Shown: piece by piece, positions 23,925 to 38,908 of the stretch
Numbering within the stretch: the first letter of the stretch is position 1
How the letters are laid out: each line of letters opens with the position of its first letter
Program-made: the position numbers and the translations under genes
Assembly: GCF_009914755.1 (NCBI RefSeq)
Contig: NC_060926.1
Strand: one strand, 5' to 3'
Length of the DNA stretch: 64,000 nucleotides
Origin: the human T2T-CHM13v2.0 reference genome, Homo sapiens
Notes under the pieces: model-generated
Databases searched by the model: none
The model's input: the letters and a program-made list of their open reading frames with translations, nothing else
Told to the model about the DNA's origin: nothing

Positions 23925-26395
23925 AATACACTGCTCCCCACCAGTGTAAATCCTCCCTGCCACTCCCTTGCCCTTGGCATCCCTCTATGTAGCAATTAAC
24001 TTGGAGATATGTCCACAACGTACTGGTGAGTGAAAAAAGGAAAATGTAAAATAGATCTCTCATATTATCCTGTTTTTCTTTAAAATGATGATCAAAACCC
24101 TGTATCTATATGCATGTTTATAGGAAAATAGAAATCACAAATATTTATAACACATATATATTCATTATTTCATATCAATTGAATCAATTGAAATCAAATA
24201 ATCATTGAAATGATTACTGAGCATGAGAAAGATAAAAGGCTACTTTCTATGTTATTAACATGGGCTATGGGAGACCAGATGAGAGGGGGATGGACAGGAA
24301 GGAGAAGAAAAGACAGAATATAAGCAAAAACATATTTTAAAGTACTGCATTAAAAGCATATGTATGATTTGACCACATCTGTACAGTTACATACATATCA
24401 GGGTGGAAATGTAACATCACTTTTAATAATTTCAAAAACAACAGAAAATAACAAAGTTTAATACTCTCAAGCTGAAAATTTGGGATTCTGGTTTCAGAAT
24501 TCCATGCTGTCTGATGATACGAAGATCTGAAATCCTATGGGAAGAACATGCTAAAAGCTCAGGCTTGGGAGCTAGCTGATAAATCCACAACCACCGCTAA
24601 AATGCTGAATTTACTCCATCAGGAAGCTCTTACCATTTGCTTTAATTGCAAGTTAAGAACTGACTCTTTTAGTCCAATACAAAAGCATACACATAATAGT
24701 CACTCACCACGCCACTGCAAATTAGTATTCAGAATGAAGGCAAACTTTTAAAATACCATTTTCTTTAGAACAAATATAATCAAATGGTTAAAAGAGCATT
24801 CCAATGATTTTTACTTCATTTCCTAGCTTTGTTTGCTTGTTTAATTATCCAGAAAATTGTGACACAAGTGACTTAATTTTTTACTGTAATCTTTATAAAC
24901 ACAAAAGCTTGAATTTCACTAATTCCAAGAAAGCAGAGCAGGGGTGGGTATTGGGGTCATGGTTTGTACCTGACACAAAACAAACTTTTTAATTGTATCT
25001 AATCAGAAACAGATTTTGTTTTGAATTCCGATGTTAAATCCAGCAGTTCACATTGAGAAATCTGTGCAGAGGCACCACAGATTTCTCTATTAGTCATTCA
25101 TGCTGCTTTGTTCATGTCACTGTGACCCTGCAAAGAACACAGTGTCCTTAGAAACATTAAAATAATGTTCTAGGTGAACCTCATAAAGTACATTAAAGTT
25201 ATAACTTTATCCTGTTTAAAGGACTGCAAATTTACTAAAAGATAGAAAAAAGTCTTTTTAATATATAATCTGGATTAAGGTACATGTTAGGTTTTGGAGG
25301 ATCTATTGCTTGTATCAAAGTCACTAGATTTATAGTATCAGCAACTTATTATAAATTAATAGGATCAGGTTAGTATCTTTTTATCTTCTGAACAGTTCTT
25401 TTAATTTTAGGCAAAAAGACAGTGTAAAGAATCAAACAGAACATTGCCAAGCAAAGCCTTTTATTTCCAATTCTACTTTGGTCCCAGGTAGTATTTAACT
25501 ATTTCCAACAAACAAAAATAAATATCATTTTTCATAAAGAGCTTCACAGTCAATCTCTGCAATCAAAGGAGTTTCTATGAAACAGATTATTCAGATAAAT
25601 GTCTTTCTCTCATTCAATAAATAAACATTGAGTTAGACAAAGATTTCGTTCCAAGTTTTGAACACTTGCTGGTCACAGATGGACCAGTAAAACACAAGCC
25701 TGTTCTCAAAATGTTTACAGGCTCAGACAGAATAAAATGTGAGGGTCATCCTAATTATATTTGTACAAGGAATTGTGTAAGCATAGAAAACTATGAAAAA
25801 CATAATTTTGATTACATTATTTATATATTTTTGTAATATGAGTAGTTCCAAGATCAGAGTTATGGCCACACATTGCTCTAATTAAACACTTAAAGCCACC
25901 TACAAGGTCTTAGGGCTATCAAGCAGCCAAATCCACGTGCGTGAGGCACAATTGAGATGATGATTTTATGCCAAATTCTATATCTTAACAAATAGAATTA
26001 CATCAAGTACCATCTTCCTTTTAGAAAAATTATACTTGTATTTCTCAGACGTGGAAGTATCATTAGGAATTTGGATCTGTTCACTATGGAATAGTGCATG
26101 CCTATTTGGAATTTAATTTCTTGTTCACGTATGGAAAATGAATTATGTAACTTAAGCTGACATCTGACCAGGTACTTTTCTCTCCAACTCTCTGTCATTA
26201 GATGATGATGAATAAAGGCAGTAAAAATATTTTCTCAAAATCTAGGCAAATAGCCTGGAATTGTTGATGATCACTTAATAAAAAATTTTGACTTGTAGAT
26301 TTTCTTAGGAAGCTGTAAGCTCATGAAAGTATTGAAGTTGATGATTTGAAAGATGTTTCATTTTTGTTTTGTCTTTTTAAATTCAGTACTCATGA

Positions 26396-26718
<323 letters not shown>

Positions 26719-27234
26719 CCGTGACATGAGTTTAAAAAATAAAAGTCCAGGATGACTTATTTATGATTTATTTTCATACCAATTTGCCTTCATAGTTATC
26801 AATCTCTATATGAAGTTTTATTTGGATACAAATAAATAAAAAAAAAATTATAGGCCCCAAAGAGCTTTTGGAAGAAATTTTTGGAATGAACTATGATGCT
26901 TAGACTTTTGTGTTTTTTTAAAGGTAATTCTGGTTCAGTTTCATACATTGACTTTTTAACTCTTGGTAGTTGTAAGCTTCAGCATTGACCTAGAATAGCA
27001 AATTTAAAATAAATTAGCTAAAGTGTATTCAGATACGTAACTCCTAGTAATCTTTAGGGAAATAATTGGATATGGTTTGTCTTCTTCCTGTTCAGCTAAA
27101 TATGGATTACCTAGCCATAGCAGTAACATTTATTGCAGGTCTTAGTATGTGTTGGGAACTCTATGAAGCGCTTTGTGAGTACTATCTCAAATAAGCCTTC
27201 AACAACCCTATGTAGTGTGCATTTGCATTAATTA

Positions 27235-27640
27235 AAAGGAAGCTGACTGCTATAACAGGGAAATCCCATCATCTGAGTACCTTACACAAAGATATTTTTT
27301 TCTCACTCATGTAAAGCACAGTTATGTACTTGGGAGCAGAACAAGGTGTATTTTCTATACAGTCTTTCAGGTGACTCGGGCTGAAGGAGGCACAGTCATA
27401 TACAAATTACGTGGATTCCAATGATCTTTGTAGGCAATACAATCCACCAAATGGATGAAGGAAAAAATAGTAGAGAATCAAATGGGATAATTTTATTGGC
27501 CAGGCTTGGAAGTGGCATACATCATAGAACTCAGTCACATAGCCTTATCTTATTGCACAGGAGGCTGGAAAAGTGTTGCCTAGCTCTGCACCCAAAAGGA
27601 ATGGGTATATTTGGTGAGTAGCTAGACAGTCTGTACCAAG
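27235..27640 (-). mobile_element. Old MLT1 (I/J/K-like) LTR inserted in a MIR
   Basis: AGAACTCAGTCACATAGCC...GGAGGCTGGAAAAGTGT; MIR pieces at ~27120-27215 and ~27645-27700. Confidence 0.55.
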
Positions 27641-29074
27641 GTACAGTGTATATTCTACTTTACTGCTAAAGAAAGTAAGGCATGAAGAAATTTCAACTCT
27701 AGTATATGACGGGCTACAAAGCACATCTATTACATATTGTCTATTTGTAAATAGCTTACTTTATTATATGTGTATGTCATTAATATGCTGTACTCTGAAT
27801 GTAAAAGTGCACTTCATGATAACATACTGAGTTTGCATATAACAGATGTTCAATGACTTGACTAAAAATTTTTTTCAAATAAACTTCAATCTTATTTGGC
27901 AGTAGGTTACATCCTTGTAGGTTTTCAGTAACTAAATACGTGAAAAATCTAAGTATGCAAAAGACTAACGACACAAAACAATCTTGGTTGAATAATGGAC
28001 TCTATTCAGTAAGTCTAAACTGACTGAACTATGGAGCTAGTAGAAGAAAATCAGAAGGCAATGTGAAGTAACTTGATGTAGTTAAAAGAAGTCTGACATA
28101 TATTCAGAGGTGCAAATGATACCTTTCCCGAACTACCAGTAAAGGTGCCCAAGAGCACCACTAAACAGTGGGGCTGTGAACAGGTTGGCTCAGCAAACTC
28201 TCTGCCCTGACAGTTTAAATCTTGACCTAAACAACACAAGGATGTGGCGGGCGGGGGAAGGAAGAGTGGAGCTGATTTTTCCCAAAATTGAAGACCTTAA
28301 AAAAAAGAGCTATTAATTTATGCTACCTGTATCTTGGGCAAGATCCAATTTCTTGTTCTGTCTGAGCTTTCAAGCTTTAAACTTCATAAGGAAGACTTAT
28401 TCAAACATAAATATTCCCAGCTATGGAAGAACTAGAAAGGTACATTTTCATCAGAACTTTGAGGGGGTAGCATCTAAGCAGATTTTTTGCAAGTGCAAAA
28501 AAACTCTAGACCTTGTAGTCTATTTAAAAAATTAACAGATACTTGTGTTCAGCTCTATGAATGACCCATGTTTGGTTTTTATTTCTGTGACAGATACTGC
28601 TATTTTTATAGGACTATGGGCAATTTTCATGCTCTAGGAGACATGTAATGTTTATCTGGTGTTGAGATGCCCCTAGCACATTACCATGTCCTCCTAAGGG
28701 TACTGATAATATGGTGGTGAAGCAGGTTTCAAAGTTGCCTCCGCTGGTAATCTTCAAGGGTTCACCTTTTGAGATAGATCATTATCATAATTATTTTATC
28801 ATCATCAGATTATTTGTTGAGCCACATGTAAGCCATATTCTTAGCACATACACGCATTTTATTATAAAAATTATATATATCCACTAAAGGTCATCAACAT
28901 GTTAAAAACAAATAAAATGTATGAATTTATTTATTCATTAAAAAATTTTAAAAATCTGTTCAGTGAGGCTGTAACTGGAACTGGAGAGTACGTTCCAGCC
29001 TTACTTCTGCTCAATAATGTGAGATCAGTGGTGCTCAGAATTCAACAGTGTTACAGGCTGTATCCCAGTTTTCC

Positions 29075-31492
29075 ACATCTACTCTGACAGATACTGTGGG
29101 TTTGGTTCCAGACGATCTCAATAAAGAAAATATGGCAATAAAGTGAGTCACAAACATTTTTGGCTTTCCAGTGAATATAAAAATTATATTTTCACTGTAC
29201 TATAGTCTATTAACTATGCATTAGCATTATATCTAAAGAAACAATGTATATACCTTAATTAAGGTGTGTACTTAATACCATATTGCTAAAAAGTGCTAAT
29301 GATAATCTGAGCCTTTTGAAAGTTGTAAACATTTTGCTGGCGGAGGGTCTTGCCAGATGTTGATGGCTGCCGACTCATCAGGGTGGTAGTTGCTAAGTGA
29401 TGGAGAAGCAATGTCTTAAAATAAGACAACAATAAAGTTTGCTGCATTGATTGACTCTTCTTTATATCAAAGTTCTCCCAGTAGCATATGATGCCATTTG
29501 ATAACATTTTATCCACAGTAGAACACCTTTCAAAATTAGAGTCAATCCTCTCAAACCCTGCCACTGCCTTATCAACTAAGTTTATGTAATAGTCTCCATC
29601 TTTTGTTCTCATTTCAACATTCTTCACAACATCATCACCAGAAATAGCTTCCATCTTAAGAAATAACTTTTATTATTGCTTATCCATAAAAAATAACTCC
29701 TCAGCCACTAACATTTCATCATGAGGTTGCAGTCATTCAGTTACGTCTTCAGGCTCCATTCTTATTCTGCTCCTCTTGCTACTTCCACCACATCTTCAGT
29801 TACTTCCTCCCTTGAAGTCTTGAGCCCCTCAAAGTCATTCATGAGTGTTGAAATCAACTTCTCCCAAACTCCTGTTAATGTTGATATTTTGACCTCTTCC
29901 TGTGAACGATAATTGTTCCTAATGGCACTGAGAACTGTGAATCTTTTCCAGAAGGTTTTCAATTTCCTTTACAAAGACCCATCAGAGGAATCACTATCTA
30001 TGGCAACTATAGCCTTACAAAATGTATTTTTTACATAAGGCTTGAAAGTTGAAATTAATCCTTGATCCATGGGCTTCAGAATGAATGTTCTGTTAGAAGA
30101 CATGAAAACAACATTAATCTCCTTGTACATTTCCATCAGAACTCCTGGGAGATAAGGCGCATTGTCAATGAGCACTAATATTTTGAAAAGAATCCTTTTA
30201 TTCTGAGGAGTAGACCCCAACGAAGGGCTTATAATATTCAGTATACCATGATGTCAACATATATGAAGTCATCTAGTCTTTATTATTCCATTTATAGAGC
30301 ACAGACAGAGTAGATTTGGCATAATTCTTATGGACCCTAGGAGTTTGGGAATGATAAATGTGCATTGGCTTCAACTTAAGAAACATCAGCTGCATTATCC
30401 CCTAAAAATGAAGTAAACCTTTCCTTTGAAGCTCTGAAGCCAGACATTGACTTCTCCTCTCTGTGAAATTTCTAGATGGCATCTTCTTCCAGTAGAAAGC
30501 TGTTTTGTCTACACTGAAAATCTGTTATTTAGCATAGCCACCTTCATTAACTGTTTTAGCTAGATCATCTGGGTAACTTACTATAGCTTCTATATCAGCA
30601 TTTGCTGCTTCACCTTGCACTTTCATGTTAGTGAAGATGGCTTCTTTCCTTCAGTCTCATGAACCAACCTTTGTAGGTTTAAACTTTGCAGCTTTTAAAT
30701 TTTTCTTCTGCACTTTCCTCATTTCTCTCAGCCTTCATAGGATTGCAGAGAGATAGGGCCTTGCTCAGGGTTAGGCTTTGGCTTATAGTGATGTTGTGTC
30801 TAGTTTGACCTTCTATCCAGACCACTAAAACTTTCTTCATACCAACAATGAGGGTGTTTTGCTTTCTTATTATTTTTATGTTCACTGGGGTAGAATTTTT
30901 AATTTTATTCAAAACTTTTTCCTTTGCATTCATGACTTTGCTGTTGCAAGAAGGCTGAGATTTAGCCTATTTCAGCTTTTGACATGCCTTGCTCACTTAG
31001 CTTAATCATTTTTAGTTTTTGATTTAAAGTAAGAGATATGGGACTCTTCCTTTCACTTGAACACTTAAGAGACCATTGTAGGGTTATTAAATGGCCTAAT
31101 TTCAATATTGTTGTGTTTGGCGGAACAGGGAGGCCCAAGGCGAGGGAGAAAAATGGGGGAACGGTCAGTCAGTGGGACAGTCATAACATACAAAACATTT
31201 ATTGATTGCATTTTCCATGGACACAGTTTGTGGTGCCCCACAACCACTGCAATAGAAACATCAAAGATCACTGATCACAAATTATCATAAAAGATACCAT
31301 ATTAATGAAAAAGCTTGAAGTAGTGTGAGGATTACCCAAACAGGACACAGAAACATGAAGTGAGCACTCGCTATTGGAAAAAGGCGCCAATAAACTCACT
31401 ATCTGCAGGGTTGCTACAAACCTTCAACATGTAAAAAATGCAATATCTGTGAAATGCAATAAAGTGAAGCACAATAAAATAAGGTGTGCCTG
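29075..31492 (-). mobile_element. Near full-length Tigger1 (TcMar-Tigger), decayed transposase
   Basis: Reverse complement starts CAGGCACACCTTATTTTATTGTGCTTC; ORF fragments [29 protein letters not shown]; ~2.4 kb; left terminus degenerate. Confidence 0.92.
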
Positions 31493-32597
31493 TCCTTCCT
31501 TTGGGACTCAGATCAATTATACCTTATCACATTGGCCCAGCATTCTCTATCCCCTCACTCTGCTTTATTTTTTTCATAGCAACTTTAATCACAAAATATA
31601 TCACATATAGGCTTATTTACCAATTTTATGTGTCCCCCAAGAAGGATGGAAACTCCAACGAAATGGCAACTTTGCTTTATTCATGGATAAATTCCTGTCA
31701 TTTACAGTAATAACTGCCAAAAGAAGCATTTAATAATATTTGTTGAATTAATAAGTGCCTTTTGAAAGTTTGCCATAGGAAAATATTTTATAACTTTTAA
31801 ATTTTTTATTTTATCATCACAGATAGACAAAAGTTGCAAAGATAGTATATACAGAGATATTCCATGTACTCTTGTCCAGTGTCTTCCCTCAAATGTTACA
31901 TCTTAAATAATAATAGTACAAGATCAAAACAAGAGTATTGACATTGGCAAAATGTGTGTGCAGAATTCTAAAAAATTTTATCAAATGTGCATATTTATGG
32001 AATCAATTCATAAAGATACAGAACTATTCCGTCACCGCTAGACCTTTCTTGTGCTACCCCTTAAGACTACGTACATTCTTCCACCCTTCTTCATTGCTAA
32101 TCCCTGGCAACCACTAATCTACTTTTCACATGTGTAGTTTTGTAATTTTGAGAATCTTATATAAATGAAATTACATTATAAAGTATGCAACTCTGGGATT
32201 GGCCTTTTTCACTCAGGAGAATATCCTTGAGAGCCATTCAAATTGTTATATCTGTCAGTATTCTGTTATTTTTAAATTGCTGAATAAAAGTTCATGGCAT
32301 AGATGACCCACCGTTTAAACATTCACCTAGTGAGAAACATTTTGGCCATTTCAGGTTTTTGCTATTACAAATGAAGCTGTTTTGAAAAATAGTGCACAGG
32401 TTCATGTGTGAACATAAGTTTTTGTTTTTATCGGATAAATGTCTAGATATGCAGTTGCTGAGTGTATGATAATTGTGTTTTTAGTGTTTTCAAAAGAAAT
32501 TTCCAAAGTATTTTGAGAGTGGTTGTACCATTTTATATTCCCGCCAGCAATGGATATAGATTCAGTTTTTTAACACCATCACCAATATTTGGTATTT

Positions 32598-32649
32598 GGT
32601 TGTGCATGCATGTGTGCGTGCATGTGTGTGTGCATGTGTGTGTGTGTGT
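32598..32649. repeat. (TG)n/(TGCA) microsatellite
   Basis: TGTGCATGCATGTGTGCGTGCATGTGTGTG... Confidence 0.85.
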
Positions 32650-32654
32650 TTATA

Positions 32655-33144
32655 CATTTGACCCTTGAAAAACATGGAGGCAAGGGGCACTGACTTTCCA
32701 CGTAGTCAAAAATCCATGTATAACTTTTGACTCCTCAAAAACTTAACTAATAATTGCCTAATGTTGACCAGAAGTCTTACCAATAACAATAAATTAATAC
32801 ATATTTCGTGTGCTATATGTATTATGTACTGTATTCTTACAGTAAAGTAAGCGAGGGAAAGAAAATGTTATTAATAAAATTTTAAGAAAAAAGAAATATA
32901 TTCAGCATTCATTAAGTGGAAGTGGATCATCATAAAGGTCTTCATGCTCATTGTCTTCGTGTTGAGTGGTCTGAGGAAGAGGAGGAAGAGGATGGGTTGG
33001 CCTTGCTGTCTCAGTGTGGCAGAGGTGGAGGAGGTGGAAGGAGAGGCAGGAGAAGCAGGCATACTTACTGTAACTTTTATTGAAAAAAAAATTATGCATA
33101 AATGTACCCACACAGTTCAAACCTTGTTGTTCAAGGGTCAACTG
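32655..33144 (-). mobile_element. Tigger2a/MER28-like Tigger2 deletion derivative
   Basis: TIRs CATTTGACCCTTGAAAAAC / GTTGTTCAAGGGTCAACTG with TA on both sides. Confidence 0.88.
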
Positions 33145-33302
33145 TATACTGTTTTAATAGGAGTGCAGTGATATTTCATTTTTCCTAACAGCTAATGATG
33201 TTAAACACCTGTTTTTAGGCTTATTTTTGTCATCATGTCTTTTGTTCATTTTCTAATTGGATTGTTTGACTTTTTTCTTTAACTGTTGAATTTCAGGAGT
33301 TC

Positions 33303-34152
33303 TTTTTTTTTATTATTATACTTTAAGTTTTAGGGTACATGTGCACATTGTGCAGGTTAGTTACATATGTATACATGTGCCATGCTGGTGCGCTGCACCC
33401 ACTAACTCGTCATCTAGCATTAGGTATATCTCCCAATGCTATCCCTTCCCCCTCCCCCCACCCCACAACAGTCCCCAGAGTGTGATATTCCCCTTCCTGT
33501 GTCCATGTGATCTCATTGTTCAATTCCCACCTATGAGTGAGAACATGCGGTGTTTGGTTTTTTGTTCTTGTGATAGTTTACTGAGAATGATGATTTCCAA
33601 TTTCATCCATGTCCCTACAAAGGACATGAACTCATCATTTTTTATGGCTGCATAGTATTCCATGGTGTATATATGCCACATTTTCTTAATCCAGTCTATC
33701 ATTGTTGGACGTTTGGGTTGGTTCCAAGTCTTTGCTATTGTGAATAATGCCGCAATAAACATACGTGTGCATGTGTCTTTATAGCAGCATGATTTATAGT
33801 CCTTTGGGTATATACCCAGTAATGGGATGGCTGGGTCAAATGGTATTTCCAGTTCCAGATCCCTGAGGAATCGCCACACTGACTTCCACAATGGTTGAAC
33901 TACTTTACAGTCCCACCAACAGTGTAAAAGTGTTCCTATTTCTCCACATCCTCTCCAGCACCTGTTGTTTCCTGACTTTTTAATGATTGCCATTCTAACT
34001 GGTGTGAGATGGTATCTCATAGTGGTTTTGATTTGCATTTCTCTGATGGCCAGTGATGATGAGCATTTTTTCATGTGTTTTTTGGCTGCATAAATGTCTT
34101 CTTTTGAGAAGTGTCTGTTCATGTCCTTCGCCCACTTTTTGATGGGGTTGTT
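33303..34152 (-). mobile_element. Young 5'-truncated L1PA2-type element (~850 bp), open ORF2 C-terminus, no evident TSD
   Basis: ORF 33520-34158 matches ORF2p C-terminus including CCHC region RCWRGC...HCWWDC; poly-T at left. Confidence 0.96.
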
Positions 34153-34439
34153 ATACATTTTAGATGTGAGTCTTTTGCCAGCTATGTGATTGGCAATTTA
34201 TTTTTTACCTCTTGTAGCTTATCCTTTAATTCTTCTAACAATGTCTTTCACAGAGTAAAAATGTTTAGTTATGACAAATTTCAGTTAGATTTTTTTACAG
34301 AATGTGCCTTCAGTCTCACATCTCAAAAGTCTTCACAGTGCAGAACCTACAGTGTGAAAATTTTCTCCTAGTTTATCTTCTTAATGTTTTATAGTTTGAG
34401 GCTTTACATTTAACTCCATAATACATTTTGAGTTAATTT

Positions 34440-34754
<315 letters not shown>

Positions 34755-36200
34755 CTTGAGTTAATTTCCGTATAAAGTATGAAGTTTAGGTTTTGTATAA
34801 AGTGTGAGGTCTACTTTTTCTGTCTGTAGATGCTGAATTTCTTCAGTATCATTTATTGGGGAAGCAATCCAGCTGCTGCTGAATTGCTTTGCTCCTTTGT
34901 CAAATATTAATTGGGCATATTTATATAAATCTATTTCTGGATTCAGTACTCTGTTCTATTGATCTATATGGACATCCTTCCACAAATACCCCACAACCAT
35001 GTAATAAGGAGTCATATAACTGTAGCCATATGATAACTGTAGCTGTATAATAAGTCTTAAATTCAGTTAGGATGATTCCTCTCCCTTCATTTTTTTTTCA
35101 GAATTATTTTAGCCTTTCTAGTTATTTTACCTTTTCATATACATTTTAGAATAGTCTCATTTGCAAAAAAAAAAATCTTCTGAGACTTGATAGGAATTAC
35201 ATTAAACCTGTATATCAATTTGAGAAGTCACATCTTTATTAATACCCATGGAAATGGAATGTCTCTCATTTATTTGATTTTTTAATTTGATTTTTTCATT
35301 AGCATTTTCTCATTTTCAGCATAGAAGTCCTATGCATATTTATTAGACGTATACCAAAGCATTTTATTTTCAATCTATTGTAAATAGTACTGTATTTTAA
35401 ATTTTGGTTTCCACATGTTAATTGCTAGGATACAAAAATACAGTTGATGTTTGTAAGTTTATCTTTTTTCTTGGGAACTTGCTGAACTCACTGAGTCCTA
35501 GAAGATTTTTGTGGATTCCTTGGGATTTTCTACATAGACTATTATGTTATCTGCCTATATGTAGGCAGTTTTTAAAAAAAATTCCTTTCCTGTCTATGTG
35601 CTTTCTATTCTTTAAAATCTTATTGTGCTGGCTAGAATTTCTATTATTATGTTGAATAGTAGTGGTAAGAGAAAACATTCTAACTTCCTTACTCTAATTT
35701 TTTTCTGTAGATATTCTTTACCAAGTTGAAGAAATTTTCTATTTCTAGTTTCCTGAGACTTTTCATTGTGAATGAGTGTTGAGTTTTGTCAATATTTCCT
35801 TTTATCAATTGATAAAATTTTATGATTTTTTTTTCCTTTTAGTCTGCTTATATTTTGGATCACAATAATTTCCAACTACTGTACTAGCCTTCATTTCTGC
35901 TACAACTCGCACTTGGTCATACGTTACTGAACCATATTTTATAATGTGTTAAAATTTTTGGATGTATATTCATGAAAGGTATTGGTCAGTAGTTTTCTTT
36001 TTGTGTGTGTGCTATCTGTCTGGTTTTGGTAATAAGGTAACATAAGCTACTATAATAAGTTAGGAAGCATTCCCTCCTCTTTTTTTTGAAAGAGACTATA
36101 TGAGATTTGTCTTAATTTTTATTTAATTATTTGGTAAAATTATTTGGTACCATCTGGGCCTGGAAAGTTTTTTTTTCAGGATATTTAAAATTATAAATTA

Positions 36201-36497
<297 letters not shown>

Positions 36498-38609
36498 TAA
36501 TAAATTAATTTCCTTTATAGGTATAGGTCTATTCAAATTACTTCATATCTGGTAAGATGTATTAATTTGTATTTTGATAAATTTTTCTATTTCACATAAG
36601 TTGGCAAATTTATGTATATAAAGTTGCTCTAAGCATTTTTCTATTATCATTTTGATGTCTTAAAGAACTGTAGAGACATCTTGTTTTATTTAGGATACTG
36701 GTAATTAGAGTATTCCTTCTTTTTTTCTTGTCAGTCTTCGTTAGAATTTGGTCAATTTTATTGGTCTTTTTCAAAGAACCTGCTTTTTGTTTCATTAGCT
36801 TTTCTCTATTTTGTTGTTTTTAATTTAATTATTTCTGTTTTTATGTTTTGCAATTTCCCTTTTCTGCTTATTTTAAGCTAATTTTTGCTCTTCTTTTTCT
36901 AGGTTCCTTAGGTTAGTGCTTAAATGGTTAAGATTTTCTCCCTGTGCTAATGTATGCAATTAATACTATTTATTTTCCTCTCAGTACCTCCTTAGCTGTG
37001 TCCCACAAATTTTGATAAGCCATATTTTTATTTTCTTTTAGTTTTTATTTTTCTTCTAGTTCTTAAAGTTTCCCTTGAGACTATCTCTTTGACCCATGGG
37101 TTACTTACAAGTATGCTATTAAGTTTTTAAGTTTTTGGATATTTTTCATCTGTATTTCTGTTATTTTCAATTAATAGTAGTCAGATAAGATACTCTGTAT
37201 AATTTCAGTTATTTTCAGTTTGTTGAAGTTTGTTTTAGGGCAAATAACATGTTCCACCTAAGTATATATTCTATAGGTACTTTTAAAAATTGTATTTGGC
37301 TATAGTTTCATGGAATGTTCTATAAATGTCAATTAGATCTTTCAGTTGATAGTGTTTTTATTTATATCCTTGCTAATTTTCTAATTGTTCTATCAACATT
37401 TAAGAGAATAATGTTTAAGTTTCCAATTGTAATTGTGGACTTGTCTATTTTTCCTTTCAGTTCAATAAGTTTTACTTCACATATTTTGCAAACCTGTTGC
37501 TTTGTGTATACATATTTTCTATCTTTGTGTCTTCTTTGTGGATTCACCCTTTAAAATGGTGTAACATGTTTCTGTTTCTGATAATTATATTTATTTTAAA
37601 ATCTACTTTATTTGAAGTTAATGTAGTCACTTCTGCTTTCTTTTGATTAATGTTTGTATTATATATCTTTTTCCTTCCTTTTATTTTCTACTTACTTATA
37701 TCACTATATTTAAAGTGCATTTCTAGTAGATAGCATATAGTTGGTTCATTTTTTAAACCAAACTGCAATCTCAGTCTCTGTATTTTAATTGATGTATTTA
37801 GTCCTTTTATATTTAATGTAATTATTTGTGTGTTATGGATCAAGTGTAGTGATTTATTTTTTATTTTGCTTCATTCTGTTATTTATGTTTTTTGTTTTCT
37901 TGCTTTCCTTTGAGTTAGCTGAATATTTATTTAGACTTCCATCTTGATTTATTTAGTCAACCAATATTTTAATAATTTCAGTAAAGTGCAGAGATCATTA
38001 CTCCCTCCCACTTTCAATATAATTGTCTTAAATACTGTATAAACACTGAGGATCACATTACACAGTATTATAATTTTTTGCTTCACTCTAAACATAATTT
38101 AGAAAGCTCAAGAAGAAAGAAAAATCTATTGTGTTACCATATTTTTCCTCTTTTCACTCATTCGTCCTTCAAAATATTCCAACATTCTTTCTTTTATTAT
38201 TTCATTTTTGTTTGGAGAACTTCATTTTGCCGTATTTTTAAAGAGAAGGTCTGCTGATAACAAATTCCCTTTTTTTAATCATCTAAGAATGTCTTGCTTT
38301 CTCTTCATTCATAAAGGTTGTTTTGCTAGATATAGAATTCTGAGTTGACAGTTATTTTCTTATTTTTTTTCAGCACTTGAAAAATTATACCCTGCTTCTT
38401 TCTGGCCTTCATGGTTTCTAGCTGGAAACTAACTTTCCATTTTATTTCCACTATAAATAAGATATTATTTTTCTCTGGATGCTTTAAATATTGTTTTGTC
38501 TTTATTTTTTATAAGTTTGACTATGATATGTCCTAGTGTGTCTTATCATATATAATGAGGGAAAAAATACAGTTACCAGGGGTCTGAGTTTCAAGAAAAT
38601 AGATCAATA

Positions 38610-38908
38610 GGCCAGGTGTGGTGGCTCATGCCTGTAATCTCGGCACTTTGGGAGGCCGAGGCATGCAGGTCTCTTGAGCTCAGAAGTTCAAGACCAGCCT
38701 GGGCAATATGGCAGAACACTGTCTCTGCAAAAAATACAAAATTTAGCTGGGTGCGGTGACATGCATCTGTGGTCCCAGCTACTTGGGAGGCTGAGGCAGG
38801 AGAACTGCTTCAGCCTGGAAGGCAGAGATTGCAGTGAGCCAAGATTGACCCTTATACTCCAGCCTGGGTGATAGGAGTGAAACTGTCTCAAAAAAAAAAA
38901 AAAAAAAA
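38610..38908 (+). mobile_element. AluJ (Jb-like)
   Basis: Dimeric Alu, long A tail, TSD AGATCAATA. Confidence 0.92.

Larger units (their letters stand above)
21990..24150 (+). mobile_element. Ancient L1M(E) ORF2 end/3'UTR remnants
   Basis: CAAGGAAATGTAAACT..., TGGAATATTATACAGCTATTGAAAATAATGA; split by MER54A; boundaries approximate. Confidence 0.5.

Noticed and set aside
23927-23948. Hairpin TACACTG-loop-CAGTGTA after the truncated Alu monomer
   Set aside because: A 7-bp stem is expected by chance in 64 kb; no RNA family features.
29052-29090. TACAGGC as the true left terminus of Tigger1 with a 30-bp insert
   Set aside because: Only a 7-bp match; element length fits a degenerate terminus near 29075 equally well.
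29286-30933. Tigger ORFs as a domesticated TIGD/CENP-B-like gene
   Set aside because: Transposase is broken over several frames with stops, consistent with neutral decay of Tigger1.
33520-34158. 212-aa ORF, and the 204-aa ORF at 56190-56804, as new genes
   Set aside because: Both are L1 ORF2p C-termini of 5'-truncated copies; their starts come from flanking or frameshifted sequence and they have no promoter.
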